DNA from: Bigelowiella natans CCMP2755
Taxonomy: Eukaryota; Protista; Cercozoa
Assembly (NCBI GenBank): GCA_000320545.1
Contig: ADNK01002960.1
Location: 62,001 to 126,000 of the forward strand
DNA length: 64,000 nucleotides
Direction of reading: 5' to 3'
Positions 9,999-19,909 of this stretch are shown in pieces. Under the pieces are notes generated by a model, which was not told where the DNA came from, ran no database searches, and worked only from the letters and a program-made list of their open reading frames with translations. The position numbers and the translations under genes are program-made. Each line of letters begins with the position of its first letter. The first letter of the stretch is position 1.

Positions 9999-12959
9999 TT
10001 TGCTCTTTTGAATGTTCTCCGGAACGTAGTATTCTCAAACGAGAGGTGTTGTTGTAGGGAGGACGGGGGTACGGGAGCGAGAGGAGGCAGATCTGGGCCT
10101 GTGCGCTATGGAAAGTGCTCTCCAGGCGGGAACAACATAATATTTAAAGCATAAGCCAAGAAGACATAGCCTTACAGATCGACAATTGTAGTCCAAAGAC
10201 ATACATATAGTTTTGTCGGTGTCCTCTAATGTTATTACTTCTTTCAACTTCTCTCTGATTCAGTGGAAACAAAAACACTGAATTTGTCATCAGAACGAGA
10301 CAAATCATTTTCATACTGAAGAGACACAAAGCGTAGTATATTGATTATGATAAAATAAATTATGATATGTCGTTTGTGATGAATTGGATGAATATTAATT
10401 TCTCTTCTTGATATGTGCCTAGTTTTAAGCTGGAAAGGAGTGAACTCAGGCCAAAGCGCACCATAAGTAGTTCGGCGAATCTTAGACCTTTTTCAACGCC
10501 GGTCATGTTTTTATGATGTCGCTTTTATCAGACATAGACTATTTTGAGGTAAATCTCATTTTTAAAAATAATTATGGTTTAGAATTTCCGACCGTAAGAA
10601 TGAGTACAAAAACCCTTGTGGTGAAGCATTCTGTTCTTCAGTGCTCTTCTCAACCGCCACATTAGGTGATTTTACCAAGGCAACTGTGTATGCGAAAAAT
10701 ATTTGTAAAGAGGGTATGTAATCAACATTGAGCTTTAAACTCCGAGTTGTGTACGAACTTCACATGAAATCTGTTCAATAATGTTGTGATAACAAATTTA
10801 TTTCAAGCGTCTTCATTCAAAGCCATCATAATGGCATGAAAACCATCGTAACATTTTTATTCTTGAAAACGATGATCTGAATTTGAACAAGGGTATGTTG
10901 AGTCCGTCGGGGGGGGGGTTGTATCGTTTTTTCCATAATGTTTTTGCGATGATCCTGAATTTTTATACAAAGGAGTGGATTTCCAAAAGATGAGCGTAAT
11001 AGTTTTATCAAATATTCAGGACGTTTCGAGCCTTCAATGAATGGAATTGAGGAGTTTGGTTGGCTTTCCGCTTAGCATGGCTACGTATGTGCCTAGAACA
11101 CATCGGAGACTTTGGAGATTGCGACAACAATTCGAGACACTTCAGAGATCATCGGAGTGGACCTGAGATCTGTTTTCGTCTCGAAAAAATCCGGCATGTG
11201 GCATGCAGTTCTCGCAATGATTTTTGCTGAGAGGCGCTGCTGCGTGCACGTTGACGCCTGTCTCCCACGTGGATCTGGCGCACATTGTTGCGCGTAGCGT
11301 GCTTGAAATGCAAGTGAGCTTGTGGAGTCCATGCAAATTCTAGGATTTGCAAGCTGAGGACTCAGAAACCGCAGGAAATCACTTGGGGCACTTTTTGCCC
11401 AAAACGAGTTTTGCCCAAAGTGAGTCCTGTTGCGAAGAACGACTCACTTGGATGCAGGATGCTCACCACCAACAGGGTGCTGACAAGTCCTCACGGCATG
11501 GGCTAGATCTGGTGTTCCTTCAACTGACAAAGAAATTGATGGGGCTTTCCGTCGAACTGTTGTCCTGCTTGACAACCTTGCTGCTGTTCGCCAATCTGAC
11601 TTCCCCCCGTCGCAAGCTTCTCCTTCCTGGTTCCATTGCACCTGGCTCCGATTGCTAGTTTCAGGCTGCAACACCAACAGGGTGCTGACAAGTCCTTGCA
11701 ACGACTGTTGTTGAGGCTCTGTTGCGTGCGTGCATGCGCTTGTCTCCCACGTGGTTCTCGCGCATGCAAACTTGATCAATGCTTTGTTCAACGTTCAATG
11801 TTCAATGCCCTCTTCAGCGCATTCATTGTCAAAAATCTCGAGTTGCTGTTGGCGCGCCAATGCCGTGACGAGCAGGGGGGTTTTCTGCCTGTCGAGAGGT
11901 TGCTGTTCCTCCCATCCCTGAGTTCCATTCCTGTTCACTGGTGGGATGGACGGACGTGTCACCGATGACTTCGTTTGTCCTGTCATTCTGGCTTTTCCTT
12001 TTCAGCTTGCACAACCTCACACCCCATCGCCGATGACTGATTGTCGCACATTGTGCGCTGTGTCATTCCGAGCTTGCTTTTCATTGCATCGTGCATTGAA
12101 TGCAGCCATTGGCCATTCGATTCCTCTTTCAATCTTGGTTCATGGTGAACATTCAAGCAGTTTTGCGACCTGCTGCAAGCATTCGAAAGAAAGCAGCACC
12201 TGAGCAAAAGCTTTTGAAAAGTGTCGGCTGCCAAAATGACCAAACTTGCTGCTTTTTCTGCCTTTGGAGAAGAATGGTTCAATGATTTGCGTTGAAATGT
12301 TCGAGTCAATGATTCAATCCAGCAAAGGCTTCATCCAGAAAGAATCTTTGATGCAGATCCAAGCCATCCTCACATGCGCAATGTCAAATGCCAAGAGCCA
12401 ATGACGACTGATTTCACGGGAAAGCTTTCTCAAGTGTGTTGCGCAAGAAAACATCATCAGTGTTTCGGGACATTTTCCTCAGAAGACTTCTGAAGGCGAT
12501 TTCTGAGAATGCTCTTTGAACGTGCTCTGCAGATGAACAGCAATTTGTTCACATGCATGAAGTGTTCAGTGAACAGTCTGGCATCGGTTTGTTCAGTTGC
12601 GACCCTTGGTGACTCCCAACATTCCAGTTGACTTCAAGTTTGAAGCAACGCTTTGACATCGACACCAGCCTCGCTAGCTCGGAGCACCCATCGCACAGGA
12701 CTCTCCAAGCATCCACTGGGCCCTTCCAAATCTTTGACAGCTGATGTGTGAACGTGAAACTCAGAGTTCAAATTGATCAAGATCTCGCAAAGTGCAATGG
12801 TGCGTCCATGAAAATGACCAACCCGCAGGAGGCTCGCATGTGTTCTGTTGAACTGACCTGTCTCGTTGAACACACACACGAAGCATGCGTGCCTAGATCA
12901 GGATCCCTTTCTCCAAGGTGATCGAATGTGAGCAGCTCACACCACGTGATTGTGTCCCA

Positions 12960-14010
12960 AGTTCACATCACACAAAGTGTCACACAGAGCGTTCGCATCT
13001 GGAGCGTGCGAACAGATTCCTCTGGTTTCATTTGAAAGGAGAGGGACACTTGATTTTGCCGTCTCAGGGACTTGGTCTGCAAAGCTTGCACACGTGCAAG
13101 CCCACGAAGCTGCCTCAGTTTTTGGATCAAATGGCACCCCTGCACGCATTTCACCGTTGCGCTCTGAACGATTTGATGTGATTTTTCAACAAAATCGATG
13201 AAATTGGAAGTCATCAAAGAACCTGATGCAAGCCATGCCTCGTGAAAATCATTGACACCAATGCAACCATCCTTTTTTGTTTGCGCCTCTTTCACAGCTT
13301 CCCAACAATCCATTGATTCTTCCCAAGTCTGCTTCATCCAATGTGGTGAAAGAAAGTTTGCGAGCATCAACTTCTTCTGCACGTCTCAGATTCTCACCAT
13401 GAAATCAAGCAAAAGCCACCTCACGCACGCATGAAAGAATGTTCTTTCTCTCCTCAGAGCCAATCTTGAATGGGTTGCTGTCCGCGTTCGAGGATGGTGA
13501 GCTTTTGCGATCTGAGATGCCTCTCTTGTCCATTCCTCCTTTGCATTTTGGGCCTTTCATTGCTTTTTTGAATTGCCACAAACAACTTGGAGTGAGATCT
13601 CACGATGCTGACATTGCAAACTCATCATGATCACCTTCAGGGTCATGCCTTTTTTGTCAATTTTCTCTTTTTGGCCAGCTTTCCTCCTTTTTTTTGCTTC
13701 AAGCCAGATCATCACAACGATCGTGGTTGCAACTTCAGCATTGCATGGGTCAGAGTCCAACGTGAAAAGCACACAAAGTGTTTGTTTTGATTTCAAACAG
13801 AAACACGGAATGTCACCTCGGCGGAATGCTTGCAAGAACTCCTTTTTCGTGAGCCGATTGTTGGAGTCCTTGTCGATTGCCTGTTGACAGGAAGATTTGA
13901 CAAGCAATGAACAGAACACAGCCAATGCCTCTTTGGGGCAATGTTTGTCGTGTGAGGTCTTCACCCGGAAAGACGTCACCACCACACTCCATCTTTGCAC
14001 AATCTGCAAA
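12960..14010 (-). pseudogene. Spliced EF-hand protein gene relic inside the TpA-erased block (full extent uncertain)
   Basis: Exons ~13962-14000 (IVQRWSVVVTSFR) and ~13807-13880 (AIDKDSNNRLTKKEFLQAFRRGDIP) join via GT-AG into a canonical EF-hand loop. A second EF-like segment, KKDGCIGVNDFHEAW (~13240-13280), has Cys/His where Tyr would be plausible. Confidence 0.55.
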
Positions 14011-14696
14011 ATGACGCATGGTGATTTTTTCAGAACAGGGCAGGAAGCACGCCACGTGTGCGACGCGCTGCGGAAACTCACACGCCAATGCACGCCAATG
14101 TGCATTGTCAAGGCAATCTGCCACTGTGAGGCTCTGCGATGTGGACGTGGTCTCCGAGCTTGGGTCGTGATGCGACGAGGAGAGGGGCTGCGTGTCAGAT
14201 TTTGATTTGCTGTTTCATCCAACTCACGTCGGCCTTCTTGAGCAAGATCATGCGACGTGTGTGACGCAACACGCAGAGAATTTGTCGTCAAAAAATTTTT
14301 TGGGACAAAACGACATGAATTCAATGCATTGCGACATCCTTTGAAAACGTTGCGATTTTCATTGGGAACTTGTGGATCCAGATCTTGGACCTGGATCTGG
14401 CAGTGGACACGATTCCGGAAGTGTGGCAAAAAACGGCAGGTCCAGTGGAAACAAGGAACTTGACACTTTTTGGGGCAAAATCAAACTTGCTGCCGACTCA
14501 AACAAGTTTTTTTTCCAAACGACACGTCGGATGAGGTGCCAAAGTGGGTCAAATTGTTTTTGCTGGGTCCATCTCAAAAGTGGTGATGGATTGTTGGAGT
14601 GCTTTGCACTCAATGCGCGAAGTGCATGCTTGTGGTGGCAGCAGCAACGCTGGCGGGCGTTTGCAGGCTGCGACAAGCAGTGCAGAATGGGCTGTC

Positions 14697-15376
14697 AATG
14701 CAGGCAGGTTCTGTGCCTGCGACAAGGGCAGGACAGTGCTGCATCAGCCATGTGCCAGCAAAGGAAGTGGGCGCGTCTTCCTTCCTTCTGCAGCACGATG
14801 TCATGCACGCAGTTCAGGTGATTTCGCCTGATGACAGTTGACTTGGTGCATGCGTGTGAAAAGGTCAGAACTCAACAGAGAATCGAGGCAGCCGCTTGTG
14901 CAGCTGTCCTCCTGCCCTTCCTTCCTTCATCTGACTGTGCTGCTGGCCTGCACTCTGCAGCGCGCCGCCTCCACTTCCAACAGGTTGTGAGCCCACGCGG
15001 CTTCCGCCGCCCAGTTGCGCCCAAAAAAGTTTGGCTCAAACAGTTCAGTCCAGCAGAACTGGTTTGAAGGTGCCACGATGCGAATTTGGTCGGTGAATGC
15101 AGGCAGGTTCTGTGCCTGCGACAAGGGCAGGACAGTGCTGCATCAGCCATGTGCCAGCAAAGGAAGTGGGCGCGTCTTCCTTCCTTCTGCAGCACGATGT
15201 CATGCACGCAGTTCAGGTGATTTCGCCTGATGACAGTTGACTTGGCACGTGCATGTGAAAAGGTCAGAACTCAACAGAGAATCGAGGCAGCCGCTTGTGC
15301 AGCTGTCCTCCTGCCCTTCCTTCCTTCATCTGACTGTGCCACTGGCCTGCATTCTGCAGCGCGCCGCCTCCACTTC
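14697..15376. repeat. 281-bp direct duplication (14697-14977 and 15096-15376)
   Basis: The copies align end to end with 7 differences by eye, all transitions. Confidence 0.92.
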
Positions 15377-15519
15377 TGACATGGATTTCCATGATTTTTT
15401 TGGGAATTCTGCCAGGGAATTTGGCACGCACCAAGTTCCGGAACCAAATCCCTTGCATCCACTGCCCAGATCCACTTCACGCAGATCCAAATGACTGCGC
15501 AACACCCTTTGAAAGGTTG

Positions 15520-15705
15520 GAAAAATGTGTCAGGTCATGTCAGGTCAGGTGACACTTTGAGGTGATTTTGAAATCAAATCATCAATTGCAATTCGGCCGA
15601 AATGTTCCGACGTTGCACCTGATTTCACCTGACGTTCGTCAGGCATTGGAGGGCCAAAATCGACCCCAGAAATCTGACGAAATTCGTCAGGTGAAGTCAG
15701 ATCAT
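15520..15705. repeat. Cluster of TCAGG/CCTGA direct and inverted motifs upstream of the transposase (possible subterminal repeats)
   Basis: gtgtcaggtcatgtcaggtcaggtgacac; cacctgatttcacctgacgttcgtcagg; ctgacgaaattcgtcaggtg. Confidence 0.5.
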
Positions 15706-15743
15706 CACATCACCCAAAACGCATTGGGCGCTTCCCAGAAGAG

Positions 15744-17261
15744 TTGCGTGAGCATCCCACCGTTGAACCGCTGGCTGGACAACAGTGCAACATGGGAGCT
15801 GAACGCAAAAGGGTGTCACCACCTGCACCTCGTGTTTTCATGCCTCTGATGCTCGCTGGTTTGTTGACACCCACGTTTGACCCGTCTTCCATTGCACCAT
15901 GGGATTTGATGGGGTTTGATGTTGAACGTGCCATTGACGCATTGGAAGTGCTCGAGCACGTGGATTGCCTGAAGAATGAGAAGAGAAGGAAGCCGAAGCC
16001 CAAGTCACATGCGACCAGGCTGGACTGGATCAAGAGAATCGACAGGCTGTCTCCAATGGCTTTCAGACGCAGATGCAGGATGCCCTCAGAGTTGTTCCAC
16101 AAAACTTGTGACGACGCTGGACCCCGGTTGGAGAAGTGCAAACGGCATTCAAGCAGCGAAGATCACATCCCCACAGAACTTTCATTGTCAATGACGCTCA
16201 GGTTGCCAGCAGGAGGATCGCACCTGGACACAGCTGACCTGCACGGTGTGGCGGAACGTTCCGTCCACTGCAATTTCTGGAGGACATTGGATGCAATGAA
16301 CGAGTGTTGCAAAATTGGATTCGATCCTTCAAATGAAACACAGGTCAGGGAACTTGAAGCTGGGTTTGGAGGCCTCAGCACGAATCAAGCAATCAAAGGT
16401 TGCATGAGAGCCATGGACGGATTGTCAGTGAAGATGCGGAGACCCAGCGACAAAGAAACACCGCATGTCAAAAGGTTCCACTGCAGGAAGAACTGTCATG
16501 CGTTGAACCTGCAGGCCGTCTGCGACTCTGACTGTCGTTTCATCGCTGCTGGCACAGCAACAGGAGGCTCCGGCTGCGACTCTGTCGCACGGAAGATGAT
16601 GAAGTCATGCAAGCAGTTGCTGAATGGAGCTCTCGAGGTTGGTCATTTCCTGATCGGGGACGCGGCTTGCGGGGTCCATGAATTTTTGACGTCGCCTTTC
16701 ACCGGACAAGACCTGGGTGATGAGAAGTCGAATTGCAACTTTGCAGTGAGTCAACAGAGAATCACCACAGAGTGCGCCTTCGGTCGTCTAGTTGGAAGAT
16801 TCGGCACATTGTGGTCTCCAATGAGATTTCATTGCAGGAAGGCAGGCAAGATCGTGTTGGCATGCATGAAGCTGCACAACCTCACAACTTCCCGTGACAT
16901 TGCGAAGGCCGTTGAACGAGACAGAAGCGACACAGCATGCGACGATGAGGAAGAGCTGATGAGGATCAAGGATGAAACAATTGCAGAACTGAGGAGAAAG
17001 AGAATCGATGCAAAGGAAGGGGTCGCTCAGACACAAGAGCTCATCAAAGAATGCAAGGCCGGGCATGCCGAAGAAAAAGACAGCAGGGCAGAGGCTGTGA
17101 AGCCACCAAAGTGTTGCAAATTGGGTTTGACACCGATTGAATTGCTGAACGATGAACACGTTGAACCAAACCTTCTGAGGGTGGCTCGTGCGGTGGACCT
17201 CCGTTCGCGTTTGGTGGAAGAAGTGAAAAGAGCTGGAGTTGTGCGCCCGCCCACACCTTGA
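15744..17261 (+). mobile_element. PIF/Harbinger DDE transposase (HARBI1/DDE_Tnp_4-like), open frame but hypermutated
   Basis: Motifs LSMTLRLPAGGSHLD, GCMRAMDG (D1), FHCRKNCHALNLQAVCD, GGSGCDS, FLIGDAAC (D2), NCNFAVSQQRITTECAFGRLVGRFGTL (E), ACMKLHN. There is no Tyr in 505 aa. TIRs and TSD were not identified. Confidence 0.9.
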
Positions 17262-18784
17262 TGCGCCTCTCATTGTGATTTCGTGGTGAAGTCCATCAGT
17301 GTGACAGAACACCTGAGTTGTCCAATCCTCATGGTGGTCCGGCTGATGCCAAAAAAGCTTGGGCGTGGAATGATTGAACACTTTTTTGAAGTTGTTCCAG
17401 AGTTGTCATGATTTTTTCAAGTTGGGAACAGAGTTCTCGATTCACGTTTGAAACGCAATGGAATTGAGATGATGACGACTGCCACACTTGTGCCCGTTGC
17501 CTGTGCACTGCTGATCACATGCACAGTGATGGCACGTGTGCAATGCACGCGTGCTGTCACACGCCCATCACTCTCATGCACTGTCAAATCATCAGCAATT
17601 CACCATGAAAGTGCACAAAATTGCCGCATCGCACGCATGCAAACAATGAGCGTCGTCCATCATGAACACGTGGATTGCGCGCTGTGCGCATGCACGTGCT
17701 GGTGCAGTCCAATGATGAGCGACGCATGATGTCATGTGTGCAGCACAGTGGGCCACTGCTTCGCGTCATTTCACGCAATTGGTGCGTGCAACGTGCTCCC
17801 GATGCGTGTGCAAGTCGGATCGATCGCCGCACGTGCTGGACGTGGCACGACGGACAATGCATTGTTTGCTTTGCTTGGAACACGCAAGCTCCTGCACAGT
17901 GGCAGCATCACGTGCTGGCGCGGATGATTGAAGTGAGTGCCATGCATGCATGCTGCAATGACTCAGCTTTTTCGAATCTTGCATGCTGGCTAGCAGAAGG
18001 TTGCACAAAGATTGAGATGATGATTCCGACCACACTTTTTCTCTTTTCTCATTTGTCTCACTTGTCAGTCACGTGAGAGAACGTGTGGGTTGTGGTTGGA
18101 GAACCCGTTTTCAGTTCAAATGCAATTTCGCAGAGACAGCAGCAGCAACACCAACAACACTTGGCAGTGGTGGTGGTGGTGGCCACATGGGACGCATCAC
18201 CTTGAACGGAATGAGCACATCTCTCACAAATTTGTCAATGTCCACATCGGTGTTGCTGTCTCTGGACAAATCATCAAAAATGTCAAGAAAATTGAGTGTC
18301 AAATCAATTGATTCACGTGCAATTGTTCTTGTTTTTTCACGCAGACAATTTGCTTCTGCAGCTGATGTTGTCCTGACAGTCTCATGAGAACTGTTTGGAT
18401 CCGCTCAGTTTCATCGACTCATCAATTGTGCAATGCCTTTGCCATTTGTGACATCGTGGCCCAACGTGCATCATCTCAATGTTTCTCGTGGGAAATGATT
18501 TGTTCTTCTCCACTCTCCTTCTCTCCGAATCGTCGATGAATCAGACTTCGCTTTGTGCATTGCACTTTGTGCCCAATTCATGCAACGTGTGCACCACGTT
18601 GCTGTGTCCATCATTCGCGCCATGTCGCATTGACGGTTGTCTGAGAGTGAATGCCAAAGTTGGTCAAATGAAACTGGGATGTGTGAACACACGTGAACAC
18701 GTGTGAACGCACATGCATGCATGTGCACACACACACACGTGTGCACACGTGTGTGTGTGTGTGTGTGTGTGTGGAGGCAAAACG

Positions 18785-19909
18785 TCAACGTGAAGACTGC
18801 ATCCACACAACGACAGTCGACAAGCAATTTTGCACAACGTGACACACGTGCAACACACCAAATTGCTGTGTCCATTGTGTTGAACGCCAACTTTGAACAT
18901 CAACATTCCTGATTGCACTTTCCATTCTTTTCTCCATGACATTCAACACCTTCCTCATCCTCTTGACTCTCGAACTGTCTTCTGATTCTCCGTTTTTCAA
19001 TGCATCAGAAGTCTTGTCTCCATGCGCGATGGTGTTTTTTTCCAAGTCAGTCATCAATTTGAGAGAAGATGGTGCCTGTTCTGTCTCCAGTTTCTTCCAG
19101 TGCATGCCTCTCATGTTTTCCATTGAGCAATTGTCAGCACCCGACCCCGAAGAAGAAGAAGTTGATTTCGATTTGCTTTGAGTGCCACGTCGACTGCCAT
19201 GCCGTTGGCATTTTCTCTTTCTCTTGAATGGCCTCTTCGTTGTCGTCGCACTTGCCAACTTCGTTCGGTTGCTGCCCAGCGTGCCAAAGACAGCAGTCTG
19301 CTTTTTTGATGCACCTGCATCACCTCCCTCCTCGGAGGACAGCGACCACAACCAAGGCAAACCCTGCAAATGTGCATTTGAACATGCTTGCGCGCGTCGC
19401 CAAGCCGTGCTGTGTGGCTCAAAATGTCGTGCTTGATGCGCAGACAAACTTGGAAAAAAGAAACGTGTGAAAACGTCACCTAGAAGTCGAGTTTCAATGC
19501 CATTTGTGAGCAAAATCAGCACGTTTCGAAACGTGCAAATCGGAAATTTCCGACGATGTTGGTGTGACCTGACACGGCCACACTTGCTCATGAGCATGAC
19601 AAAATCATTGTGCATTCGCAACGTGCAAATTCCAATGTGAAAGTCAAGTGTTTTGGCTCAAACTTCAAAACATCCTGATGTGCGTCAAATTGAAAAGTGC
19701 AAACAAAGCAACACGTGCAAAATCGTCGACTGGGCTTTTCTTCGAGGCTGCGTTTTTCTCCACCTAGCTCTGCGCTGGGGCTGCGGATTTTTGTTCCTGA
19801 ACAAGCATGATGAGAACTTGACCAGTTTCAACTCATTTTTGCCCACTGAAGTCTTTTTTCGGAAGCCCCGTGGTTCACTTTTGGAAACACCAGGAGCGAA
19901 CCCATCCAA
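18785..19909 (-). pseudogene. Degraded ORF remnant, possibly the Harbinger accessory (Myb/SANT-type) gene
   Basis: Convergent with the transposase. It has a basic NLS-like stretch (KRPFKRKRK), a Ser-rich linker and a C-terminal helical segment (SSRVKRMRKVLNVMEKRMESAI). No clear Myb tryptophan pattern was seen, so the call rests on position. Confidence 0.3.
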
